From: Syntrophales bacterium
GTDB lineage: Bacteria; Desulfobacterota; Syntrophia; Syntrophales; PHBD01
Direction: 5' to 3'
Assembly: GCA_963668175.1 (NCBI GenBank)
Contig: OY764159.1
Coordinates: 2,208,001 to 2,272,000, forward strand
DNA: 64,000 nt
The notes beneath the pieces were generated by a model. The model worked only from the letters and a program-made list of their open reading frames with translations, was not told the DNA's origin and did not search any database. Both the position numbers and the translations under genes were made by a program. Positions 39,399 to 48,571 of the stretch are shown in pieces (positions within the stretch are counted from its first letter, which is position 1; every line of letters starts with the position of its first letter).

Positions 39399-41444
39399 AT
39401 GCAGCGTCGTTCCTGGAAATTATCGTATCTCGCGGGAATTTTCATCGCGGTTCTCTCCCTCGTTTTCATGCCGGCAACGCCCGTCCGGGCGGCCGACAAC
39501 GACTGGACCGGGGCATCGGGAGACGGCCTGTGGAGCACGGCGGGCAACTGGTCGAGCGGCGTCCCCACAACGGGACAAAATGTGTCCCTGGACAAATACG
39601 ACACTCCGCAGAATACGACGTATGATCTCACATCGCTCTCCCTCGGCAACGTCTATCAGTGGGACAACATCGCCGTCACCCAGAACAATGCGCTCTCCAC
39701 CCTGAGCGTCCAGAGATTGCAGATCGACGGCCTCGGTGGGAAGATGCCCGTCTACAACCTCGTCAACGGCGCCCTCGCCGCCAATTCGGAGGAAATCGGA
39801 AACTATCACGTCGGGAAGATCGTCCAGAGCGGCGGGACTAATACGGTGCAGACCAGCATCATTTTAGGCTACTACGGCTACGGCACGTACTCCCAGAGCG
39901 GCGGGGAAGTGCAGACTGGCGCGCTTTACCTGGGCTACGACCAGGGCGGAAGCGGGCGCTACGAGCTCAGCGGCACGGGAAAACTGACGGCGACCATCGT
40001 CCTCGGCAACGCGGGGTTCAACGGCGTGGGGCAGGGCACCTTCGTCCAGACCGGCGGCACGATCACGGGCAATATCGCGGTCGGCTACGGCGGGTACGGC
40101 GCATTCGACCAGAGCGGCGGGACGATAACGGCGCCGGATAAAATCTCCGTCGGCGCGAAAGTCGCCGGCGTGGGCAGCTCCTACAAGCTGAGCGGCACGG
40201 GCCAGGTGACGTCCAAGTGGATGTACATCGGCGAATCCGTCTCGGGCAGCTTCCAGCAGGACGGCGGGTCGAACACGGTCCAGAAGTCCATGATGGTCGG
40301 GTACAATGCGACCGTCAGCGGGACGTACACGCTGAACGACGGCACGCTCACGGTTACGGGTTCCACGATCGTCGGCTGGGACGGCAAGGGCGGCTTCGTC
40401 CAGAACGGCGGGACCCATAGCACCGGCGAGCTTAACGTCGGGCACCACACCGGGGCGACGGGGACCTACACGATGAAGGGCGGCACGCTGCAGGCGAATG
40501 AAATCCATATCGGCGACATGGGGACGGGGACCTTCAACCAGACGGGCGGCAACGTCAACGTGACGTACGAGTTGGTCGTTTCGCCGCCGGACGGGGGCAG
40601 CGGGCAGTACAACCTGTCGGGCGGCAACCTCAATGCGGCCAAGCTCACGAACTACGCGACCCTGAACTATACGGGCGGCACGCTCACCGTGGCGCACGAC
40701 ATCGTGAACAACGGGGATATGGTCCTCGGCGGCTCCGGGACCAGGACCGTCGCCGGGGGCGGCCGGGTGACGAATTACGGGAACATCGAAGTGAACAGCG
40801 TCACGGCCACGTTCTCCGTCCTGCTCGATAACCGCGGCGGATACGTGAGCGAAAACGCCCGGACCAATTTCACGGACGTCTACATCAGGCAGGACGGCTA
40901 CATCCGCTCCGCCAAGGGCGACTTCTTCTCCGTGTCGGGCAACTTCCAGAGCGCGAGCACCCAGAACGCCCTCTGGAACACCAACGGCGCAATCCTCCGA
41001 TTCACGAAATCCGATAACCCGCACATCTTCTCGATTACAGGCGGGGACGTCGGCGCCGTCATGACGGGATTCGAGCACAATTTCGCATGGAATACGCTCA
41101 TCCTCGGCGCGGACATCCTGCTGTCGCTGGAAGACGGGAACGATGCCCTGGGCGGCGCCCTGTACGTCCGGGAGCTGATCGGCCTGATGATTCACGGGGG
41201 GTATGCCCTGAACATCTCCGAGGGGGAGGGGACGGACCTCAACATCTACTACGACGCGGCGCTTGCCGAAAACGCCTACCTGGATTACGGAAAGTACCGG
41301 ATCGCGGGCGGCGGCTGGATCATCCCCATCGGGGAGAAGCCGGAAGAGCCGCCGAGCGGCGCCGTGCCCGAACCTGCGACCTTGCTTCTTCTCGGCCTCG
41401 GCCTTGCCGGTGCGGTTGCGGCAAGAAAGACATTCTGCAGATAA
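39399..41444 (+). CDS. large PEP-CTERM surface protein with Gly-rich beta-helix-like repeats
   Basis: Signal peptide; WTGASGDGLWSTAGNW; repeated QSGGTNTV / GTYxLSGG units; VPEPATLLLLGLGLAG. Confidence 0.92.
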   Translation: MQRRSWKLSYLAGIFIAVLSLVFMPATPVRAADNDWTGASGDGLWSTAGNWSSGVPTTGQNVSLDKYDTPQNTTYDLTSLSLGNVYQWDNIAVTQNNALSTLSVQRLQIDGLGGKMPVYNLVNGALAANSEEIGNYHVGKIVQSGGTNTVQTSIILGYYGYGTYSQSGGEVQTGALYLGYDQGGSGRYELSGTGKLTATIVLGNAGFNGVGQGTFVQTGGTITGNIAVGYGGYGAFDQSGGTITAPDKISVGAKVAGVGSSYKLSGTGQVTSKWMYIGESVSGSFQQDGGSNTVQKSMMVGYNATVSGTYTLNDGTLTVTGSTIVGWDGKGGFVQNGGTHSTGELNVGHHTGATGTYTMKGGTLQANEIHIGDMGTGTFNQTGGNVNVTYELVVSPPDGGSGQYNLSGGNLNAAKLTNYATLNYTGGTLTVAHDIVNNGDMVLGGSGTRTVAGGGRVTNYGNIEVNSVTATFSVLLDNRGGYVSENARTNFTDVYIRQDGYIRSAKGDFFSVSGNFQSASTQNALWNTNGAILRFTKSDNPHIFSITGGDVGAVMTGFEHNFAWNTLILGADILLSLEDGNDALGGALYVRELIGLMIHGGYALNISEGEGTDLNIYYDAALAENAYLDYGKYRIAGGGWIIPIGEKPEEPPSGAVPEPATLLLLGLGLAGAVAARKTFCR

Positions 41445-41467
41445 TTTCTATTCGGAATATCCGCAAC

Positions 41468-41499
41468 GAAAGGCAGCGCCGTTTCCGGCGCTGCCTTTC
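41468..41499. terminator. bidirectional terminator hairpin
   Basis: GAAAGGCAGCGCCG-TTTC-CGGCGCTGCCTTTC between convergent genes. Confidence 0.8.
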
Positions 41500-41670
41500 C
41501 ATGAACAGACTGAATGTGAAACGCGTCGTCTGGACGATGCATCCGCCGGACGCGGAAACAGGGAACCCTTGTCTTGACTCGTGCATGTCTTACGGATGGC
41601 GGTGCAGTTGCCCGGAACCGCCCGGCTGTCCGTTTCGCAAAACCATCGCCTTCGTTGTTCGTATCCGCTT

Positions 41671-43068
41671 TTACCCGGCGTTGTTCTCCTGCTTCTTTTC
41701 GTTACCGACCGGAGAAGCTATTTTAAACGTTTTGGCTTCCGAGCATTTGCCGCCGCCGTTCGTAACAACGATGAAAACGTCTTGCCCCGGGGTAAAACCG
41801 GACGGGACGGTGACTTTGATGGACGTGTCCTTCCAATCTTTGATGTCTGTAACTTTTGTGTTGTCGAACGTCACCGTTCCGTTTCCCTGCCGATCGCCGA
41901 ACCCTTCTCCGATCACTTCGAGTTCCCGGCCTGCGAGCGCACCGTCGCTCGGATTGAAGCCCGTGATCTTAGGAGTCGCAGCGCCTCCGGTCTTGAGGCC
42001 GTCCGTCCGGGCAGGCGGAGAGGCTATTTTGACCGTTTTGGCTTCCGAGCATTTGCCGCCGCCGTTCGTAACAACGATGGAAACGTCTTGCCCCGGGGTA
42101 AAACCGGACGGGACGGTGACTTTGATGGACGTGTCCTTCCAATCTTTGATGTCTGTAACTTTTGTGTTGTCGAACGTCACCGTTCCGCTTCCCTGCTGAT
42201 CGCCGAACCCTTCTCCGATCACTTCGAGTTCCCGGCCTGCGGGCGCACCGTCGCTCGGATTGAAGCCCGTGATCTTAGGAGTCGCAGCGCCTCCGGTCTT
42301 GGGGAGGCTCGGCCCGGAAGTCGATGGGGCTGCTGCCTGCGCTGTTGTCCTGCTGCCGAAGTAGAAGCCCGTGATGGCCGTCAAGGTGCCGGCGAGCAGT
42401 GTAAGGAGTTGGTCTGCAATTTTGGGAATATCCGAGGGCGTGAATACGACAAGATGGAAGATTGCCACGGCAAGGACGAGAATGAGCGTTACCGCTATGG
42501 TGCCTCGTGTAAGGCCGGTGAGGCCGGACGGCCCCTTGTCCATGGTTTCGAGAAGCGTGTTGACCTCGGCGATTTTTGCGTTCCCCGATAGCAGCTTGAG
42601 AACTTCCCGGCGCTCTCTGTAGCTCAGGTAAATGTCGTAAATATTGCTTCCCGCGGGCGGTATGGCGATGATCAGGATGTACAGGATGAGAATCCAGTAG
42701 CTGTTGTAGGATCGTTCCTGGGATTCGACATAATTGAGCTGTCCGCTGGCGACCGGCCGGTCGTCCTTGCCGATGACCTCGATATCGACCCTCCCCACGA
42801 TGTTCAGCTTCGGAAGCGGAAGGGATATTCCGCCGTCCGCCCCCGGCGCCTGCACGGCGACGACATGCCCGCCGATGTTGACCTTGTTTATGTCTTTCCA
42901 GCCGGGAGTATTCTTGTCCCCTGTGAGTATGATAGTCGGCGCGGTTCCCTTGAGAATGCGGTCGGGTTTGGGGGATACCGGCGGTAATTCTCCGGCGGCG
43001 GCGAAGGCAGCCGCTGCCGCGACGAACATCCCGATTACGGCAAAAAAGCTGATATGACGTGCGCGCAT
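41671..43068 (-). CDS. membrane protein: signal peptide, Ig-like domain, 3 TM segments ending GFYFGSR, two IPT/TIG domains
   Basis: PKITGFNP...GRELEVIGEGFG...VTF...WKDTSIKVTVP occurs twice; TM helices at about aa 120-240. Confidence 0.85.
   Translation of the reverse strand: MRARHISFFAVIGMFVAAAAAFAAAGELPPVSPKPDRILKGTAPTIILTGDKNTPGWKDINKVNIGGHVVAVQAPGADGGISLPLPKLNIVGRVDIEVIGKDDRPVASGQLNYVESQERSYNSYWILILYILIIAIPPAGSNIYDIYLSYRERREVLKLLSGNAKIAEVNTLLETMDKGPSGLTGLTRGTIAVTLILVLAVAIFHLVVFTPSDIPKIADQLLTLLAGTLTAITGFYFGSRTTAQAAAPSTSGPSLPKTGGAATPKITGFNPSDGAPAGRELEVIGEGFGDQQGSGTVTFDNTKVTDIKDWKDTSIKVTVPSGFTPGQDVSIVVTNGGGKCSEAKTVKIASPPARTDGLKTGGAATPKITGFNPSDGALAGRELEVIGEGFGDRQGNGTVTFDNTKVTDIKDWKDTSIKVTVPSGFTPGQDVFIVVTNGGGKCSEAKTFKIASPVGNEKKQENNAG
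41711..42301. repeat. intragenic tandem duplication, 306-bp period (IPT/TIG domain)
   Basis: 41711-41995 and 42017-42301 are nearly identical at the DNA level. Confidence 0.95.
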
Positions 43069-43090
43069 AATGCCTCCTTGCTTTCATGCA

Positions 43091-44611
43091 TTAAGGGTGG
43101 TCCTTGAACGCGTTTCTGATTTGAAGCACGGCGGCGTCCTTTCGCCATTTCAACTGATCGTCATAGGCACCCCGGTTATAGAGACTGTTGCTTCCGTTCT
43201 CCTTGTCCACGGCAATTTCGTTATGGTGGGGCAGCGCTCCGCGGAAGGCGAAGTTCTTGTCCTTTTTGATAATATCGGCGGGAATATAGCACGGGGCTTC
43301 CAGCACTCCCCTGGAGTCGCCCGTCTGGCCGAAGCGTCCCGATATGATCCTTCCCTTCCAGAAGGCGACGGCTTTTCCCATCTGCGCTGGCTCGATCACA
43401 TCGGGATTCGTGCTGAGAGGTTTGCTGCCGAGCCGGTACTGGGGATCGGTACTGTAATCGATGCTGAAGGCGGGCGTCTTCTTCACGGGGTCATAAGGCG
43501 TGGGCTTGCCTGCCAGGCCGTTTGCAATGGCCATATGGGCGTAATTCGTATGCGCATAGAAGTCGCCGATGCCGTGGGCCGCCTTCGCAAAACTGTCGAT
43601 TCCGTCCGGGTCCGTCAGCGGTTGATTTTTGAAGGTGTCGAGGCGGGTCCGGACGAGCTCCCAGCTTTCATCGATATAGCCGTTGTCGAAGTGATCGTAG
43701 GGATTGTATTTGAAAAGATTCAAGTCGGGCGCGTCAATGCATTGGCCGAACAGGATCGTAAAGTTTCGGTTTGCCTGCTGCAGCCACCAGTCTGGAGCCG
43801 TGCCGTCCCTCCCCAGGGCTTCGTTCAGGATGGTCCTGTGGACTTCTCCGTAAAAAGTGGGATGCAGGCCGGACCACCGTTGCTTGAGGGTGCGTCGCCG
43901 CTTGCGCGCGGTATGGAGGGGATTGTTGACTTCCCAGAGATGATCGCCATTGAAGACGAACTCGGGAACATATTCCAGGCCGACGGTGTCTTTCGCGTTT
44001 CTCAGAGCATCCCCGTCGGGCTTCATCCCCGACTGCGGCGCATCGGCCGAAGGTTCGAGAATGGACCAGCGCCCCGCCTCGTCCTTGTACATGACCCAGC
44101 AATGATCGAAATGCCCGGTTCGATTCCCGGTATCGAAACGCCTCACGTATCCGAGCGCCACCCTGACATTGTAAGGGCTGATGCCGGCGGCGGTGAGAAG
44201 CGACGCCAGCAGCAGGGCGCGATCCTCGCAGTCGCCTTCTTTCACGAAAAGGGTTTCGTCCGGGAACTGCCAGTAATCGACTTTACGGTTGGCGTACCGG
44301 ATCTCGTGCTGGACGTACGAGGTAAGAAGGCTGCTCATGTGATCGAACGATCCGGGGCCCCTGCTGTGCAGGAAGTCCCAGTCCGCACCGCGCTGCTGCC
44401 TTACAAACGATTTGAAGTCTTCGGACAGTGTCTCCCGCATGACGGCGTTGTGATCCGAGCCGATAAATTCCCGGACGTCGATTTCGTATCTGCGACTGTT
44501 CCCGTACCCTGCAACGGGCCGCGACGAAGGCACCACGCATTCATGGAGTATGCGGTCTCCGTCCCAGTTCCATCGGATTGTAGAGGAGATTTTAGGGCGT
44601 GCAAACGACAT
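43091..44611 (-). CDS. transglutaminase-like Cys domain fused to Het-C/VWA7-like (phospholipase C/P1 nuclease fold) domain
   Basis: DYWQFPDETL...GDCEDRALLLASLL...HCWV...WSILE; then EVH...HFDN...HGIGDFYAHTNY...HHNEIAVD; no signal peptide. Confidence 0.75.
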   Translation of the reverse strand: MSFARPKISSTIRWNWDGDRILHECVVPSSRPVAGYGNSRRYEIDVREFIGSDHNAVMRETLSEDFKSFVRQQRGADWDFLHSRGPGSFDHMSSLLTSYVQHEIRYANRKVDYWQFPDETLFVKEGDCEDRALLLASLLTAAGISPYNVRVALGYVRRFDTGNRTGHFDHCWVMYKDEAGRWSILEPSADAPQSGMKPDGDALRNAKDTVGLEYVPEFVFNGDHLWEVNNPLHTARKRRRTLKQRWSGLHPTFYGEVHRTILNEALGRDGTAPDWWLQQANRNFTILFGQCIDAPDLNLFKYNPYDHFDNGYIDESWELVRTRLDTFKNQPLTDPDGIDSFAKAAHGIGDFYAHTNYAHMAIANGLAGKPTPYDPVKKTPAFSIDYSTDPQYRLGSKPLSTNPDVIEPAQMGKAVAFWKGRIISGRFGQTGDSRGVLEAPCYIPADIIKKDKNFAFRGALPHHNEIAVDKENGSNSLYNRGAYDDQLKWRKDAAVLQIRNAFKDHP

Positions 44612-44683
44612 TTCTTCATCCTTTCTTCGAGGAAGCGGCAGGTAATAAACGTGATCCCGTCCCTTTGCAGATTCGCGGTTCGT

Positions 44684-45328
44684 TTATTTGCACCAGACGG
44701 ATTTGGTCTTCCTGAGCCAGTCCGTGCGTTCCGCAATCCCGATGTATCCGCCGTTGATCCTGCGGGTGACGCTTTTGACGAGGTCCTGGTCCGCAAGCTC
44801 GTTGCATCCTTTGGCGACCCATTCCGATGCCGCGACGTTCAGGCACCATGCGGCGTTCACGGCCTCGTCCGGATTTGCGACGAGATCGGGCGCGGAAGGG
44901 TAGGCGTCCCGAAGCATCTTCGTCGCCTCGGTATAACTGTCCCTGCCGGTCAGTTGCAGCAGACCGCGTCCGCGATAGTTGAAACCGTCGTTCGGGCCGG
45001 TGTTGCCCATGCGACCGCCGTAGACTTCGTTCGCAAGCTTCTGCGGGTTGTGCGCATATGCGGCCGGATCGAGGGGGCCTCCGGGCTTGAAGCGCTCCGG
45101 CCATACCTTGGGCAGCCTTTCGGGGCTGTAATTGAGGTTCTCGTAAAGGATCGCAAGCTCTCCGGTCTCGTGGAGGACCTGGGCCATGAAATGGGCCACG
45201 CGAAGGCCTGTCGCCGATATGCCGTTTTTATCGAAAACGCCCTGGCCGTTCTGAAAGGCCTCGCGATAATTCGATCGCACGTTCGGCGCAAGATGCAGGA
45301 TTTGATCCATCGTAACGGCTATGGTCAT
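44684..45328 (-). CDS. glycoside hydrolase family 19 (endolysin-type lysozyme/chitinase)
   Basis: AHFMAQVLHETG, ENLNYS, YGGRMGN...DGFNYRGRGLLQLTGR, TRRINGG..G..ER; no signal peptide. Confidence 0.92.
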   Translation of the reverse strand: MTIAVTMDQILHLAPNVRSNYREAFQNGQGVFDKNGISATGLRVAHFMAQVLHETGELAILYENLNYSPERLPKVWPERFKPGGPLDPAAYAHNPQKLANEVYGGRMGNTGPNDGFNYRGRGLLQLTGRDSYTEATKMLRDAYPSAPDLVANPDEAVNAAWCLNVAASEWVAKGCNELADQDLVKSVTRRINGGYIGIAERTDWLRKTKSVWCK

Positions 45329-45476
45329 GTGACATTCCTCCTTTCTGCCGATAAAAATAGGCGGCTGTTCCCCGCTTAAGGCGGGCTTCCGGGGGTTAGC
45401 GGCCGTTCATGTGAGGGGTGCGCATGGATTGGATCCGACATGATGGACCCTCTGAAAATAAGCTCCGCCTCCGCGC

Positions 45477-46277
45477 CTAGACGGTCACCCCGTAGGCCTC
45501 TGTGAATGCGGCTTTAGCATAGGGGTAGCTCGCGTAAGCGAAGCCCTTGTCGCCCCACTCTTCCGTCCCCCAGCTGTTGCGGACGATGAATCTGTCGGGC
45601 GTGTACCCGACGAAAGCCACGGCGTGGCCGCTATTGTTCGCCGGATCAGGCCTGTATGCATCGAGTTTGCCGCCCGTCTCCTTGGCCTTCATCCATGTCT
45701 CGTCGACGTTCAACCTTGTGAGAATGGGTCCGTGGTTCGCCAGCCATTCCTTCCAGGCATTCAAATCGATGCCCAGGTTGAAGTAATTGGCGATTTTAAG
45801 TTGCGACGCCGTGGCGTAAAAGGTCTGCGTATCCCCCTTGAACAGCTGGTTGGTCCAGAAAGGAAGGACGGAATCCCTGACGATGCCGTATTTTCTGGCG
45901 ATATCCAGCGCCGCCTTGAGGCTCGTGCCCTGCTCCTCGATAAAGGTCGTGGGCTCGTCTATAAATTCGTCGGTCTCCTTGGCGCTCATCCAGATGAAGC
46001 GGACGGAAAGCAGCTCGTCCTTCTTCAGGCGGCCCGCCTTCACGAAATGCCAGCGGATGACCGAGTCCGTGGAGGCCCATCCGACGCACGATCCCGTATC
46101 TTGCTGATCCGCGACCTTCCACCAGGATTCACGCAGGTCCTTTCTGGCGGGTACGGGCGGCTGTGCCGCGAGCAGCCCCGCACTCTTGGCGTGCGAAATC
46201 TGCCAATCCTTTTCGATGCCGCGCGACGGAACGCAATTTAAGATCCTTTGACTGGCCGAACTTTTCTTTGCTTTCAT
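45477..46277 (-). CDS. papain-like C1 family cysteine peptidase
   Basis: DLR...DQQDTGSCVGW, GHAVAFVGY, FIVRNSWG..WGDKGFAY; AAGGAGG RBS before 46277; no signal peptide. Confidence 0.92.
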   Translation of the reverse strand: MKAKKSSASQRILNCVPSRGIEKDWQISHAKSAGLLAAQPPVPARKDLRESWWKVADQQDTGSCVGWASTDSVIRWHFVKAGRLKKDELLSVRFIWMSAKETDEFIDEPTTFIEEQGTSLKAALDIARKYGIVRDSVLPFWTNQLFKGDTQTFYATASQLKIANYFNLGIDLNAWKEWLANHGPILTRLNVDETWMKAKETGGKLDAYRPDPANNSGHAVAFVGYTPDRFIVRNSWGTEEWGDKGFAYASYPYAKAAFTEAYGVTV

Positions 46278-46793
46278 AACGACCTCCTTACGAAATGATG
46301 ATGGAGCGAATCGTTTACATGGGACGCGCGGCGCAGGCGATGCCCGTGCTTCGCCGCTTTCTTGTTTGCGGGTCGACGACACCGCCCGGCTGCATGAATG
46401 CCTGGCGATCTTCATCAATCCCTTAAGGCAAGGAGGAGCGGGAGGTACGCTTTCCGGTCGGGAAGCCGGAGATAATACGCAATGGGATCAGAATGTGAGT
46501 ATGAAATGGCGATTTGTACAATATGCTTAAGAAATATCGATGTACCCGTCGAAAAGGTGATGAGTTGTGTGATGTATGGAAGATATGGTATTATATATTT
46601 AAACAAATGTTACAAAATTGTCAAGAACTATTTCAATAATAAAATATTAATATAATATCGTTTATATCTTAGTTGCCCGAGGAGTGCTTTACATTCGATC
46701 TGTCGGGCTGCCGGCTAAACGCACGGGTGCGGTCTGTTGCGAATGCAGGGAAATACAAGGTGCTTCTTCCCCTTGCGAGTATCTTCATCTCCT

Positions 46794-46913
46794 GAACGAC
46801 GGCACGGCGAGGACCAGCACGAGGGAAAACAGGGGGAAGATAACCTGGCCGCCCAGGAGCCATTCGACATTCGTGAGTTCGGCGATCCTTGCGAAGACGA
46901 CGACAAGCACCCC
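46794..46913 (-). pseudogene. duplicated 3' end (about 40 codons) of the MFS gene; direct repeat of 48581-48700
   Basis: 120 bp aligning without gaps; encodes ...FARIAELTNVEWLLGGQVIFPLFSLVLAVPSFRR*. Confidence 0.9.
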
Positions 46914-46923
46914 TGAGAAGGCG

Positions 46924-48093
46924 TTATCTCAACTGTTGCGATACGATTTCTGCGTTCGAGCAGCCCTTCGGCTGCCCTAATTCACAGGCCTTCTGAAAGT
47001 CGGGAAGCGCCCTTCTCAGATTCCCTTCCCGGTAGCAGGCCACGCCGCGATTCAGATATATCCTGCTTTGAACATCCCGTACGTTAATCGATATGGTAAG
47101 GGCGGTATCGTAATCTCTTATGGCCATCCCGTATTGACCGATCGCACTGTAGCTGTTGCCTCGATTGTAATAGATATTGGTCATCTCTTTGTACAGGGGG
47201 TCGTAATTATACCGGTCATAGATGCCCTGGATGAGCATGGTGTAGGTTTCTATCGCCTTGTGATGCTCATTCATGCCTGCATAACGATTCCCGATATCCA
47301 CCACCCGGTAAAGCAGGGAATACTCGTCTTTTTCCTGACATTTGACGTCGCATAGACTCAGCGCCTTTTTATAATCGGAAATGGCCCTGTCGAAATCGCC
47401 CAGTATAATGTAACAATGCCCCCGATAGGAATAGGCCTGGCCGTTCTGGGGGTCCAGGGCAAGCGCCGCGGTAAAAGCTTCCAGCGCTTTGTTCCATTCC
47501 GCCCCGCTCCAGATAGACCTGTTATAATATCCTACGGCCTTCTCATACCATTCATTCGCCTGGAAGCGCTTCTCGTCTCCGGCAATTTTTCCCTCCACCT
47601 CTTTTTTCCGGTCGCCCTTGGCGAGCAGCAACTGTTTCTTCAATTCCTCGATATCCGTTTGGCTCTTATCATAGGCGGTCTTGATTCTTTTGTAATCCTC
47701 GACGATAGTTCTTTCTTTCACTTTGCCTGCCATCTGATCCATTCTGTCCGAGTTTACCAAGGCCTTTATTTTGACCCAAAAATGAAACCCTTCTCCGACG
47801 ACCGTTCTTTTCTTGTCCAAAACGGTGACCTCCATGACTCCGGAAGCCATGATCTTTACTTCATCCGCCGTCAGTTGAAAATTTTTCACTTTGGAATAGC
47901 TTTCCACATAGGTACCCGCCTGCTCGACGGCGAGTCTTTTGGCATTCAACAAAGCCCGGCTTTCCGCAACACCCGGTGTCTCACCGTCACCCATATTATA
48001 CGTGCCTTCGCAGATAATTTCCTTGACTTCGGCAGGCGCTGCGATGGGTATTAATAAAAGAACAAGGATAAAGAACTTCACGAAGTATTTCAT
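46924..48093 (-). CDS. secreted TPR-repeat protein
   Basis: Signal peptide; AKRLAVEQAGTYVES N-terminal domain; several TPRs (AYSYRGHCY, YYNRGNSY, YLNRGVA, DFQKACELG). Confidence 0.88.
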   Translation of the reverse strand: MKYFVKFFILVLLLIPIAAPAEVKEIICEGTYNMGDGETPGVAESRALLNAKRLAVEQAGTYVESYSKVKNFQLTADEVKIMASGVMEVTVLDKKRTVVGEGFHFWVKIKALVNSDRMDQMAGKVKERTIVEDYKRIKTAYDKSQTDIEELKKQLLLAKGDRKKEVEGKIAGDEKRFQANEWYEKAVGYYNRSIWSGAEWNKALEAFTAALALDPQNGQAYSYRGHCYIILGDFDRAISDYKKALSLCDVKCQEKDEYSLLYRVVDIGNRYAGMNEHHKAIETYTMLIQGIYDRYNYDPLYKEMTNIYYNRGNSYSAIGQYGMAIRDYDTALTISINVRDVQSRIYLNRGVACYREGNLRRALPDFQKACELGQPKGCSNAEIVSQQLR

Positions 48094-48107
48094 GATATTC
48101 TCCTTTT

Positions 48108-48354
48108 AGCAGGCCGCGCTCCTGCGCAGGAGGCCAGCCTCGTCAATCGGCATCATTCTGCATATGCCTCATTATCACTGTGCCCCGCAGGGGGGCTTTT
48201 GCGCGTCCCCTAAAGGGGATAAACCCCCTAAAGGGGATAAACCCCCTGAAGGGGGCAAGGTCACCTAAAGGTGACAAGCCTTGCATCCGGACATTTTTGA
48301 ACCCCCCATTCGGGGGGCGCGGCAGCCTGTTTGAAATCGAGTATTTCAACAAGC
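48108..48354. mobile_element. MITE-like repeat, copy C, interrupted by about 7 short hairpin insertions
   Basis: Core blocks of copies A and B are present but split by TCCCCTAAAGGGGATAAA-type and CCCCCCATTCGGGGGGCGCGG-type units. Confidence 0.8.
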
Positions 48355-48571
48355 TTTTGGTAAATATTCTTCAAATTATCATTTATTAAGGAAGAAATCT
48401 ACGATTAACGATTGGCGCAGGGTTTTCAAATTCGTTGAGAGGGGCTGTTCAATGCATGATCCAAAGGCAGGACAAAGAAAATATATTCGGAAACAGATGT
48501 AAGTGGAAATGAGTTCGCAAAAGTGCATGGAATCGAACCCGTCGGGAAACTGGGATATTCTGTTCGGTTCC

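Noticed and set aside
44684..45328. Prophage suggested by the endolysin-type GH19
   Set aside because: No integrase, terminase, capsid, tail or replication genes nearby.
48206..48278. Tandem 18-bp palindromic units as a CRISPR array
   Set aside because: Units are directly adjacent with no spacers, are too short, and no cas genes are present.
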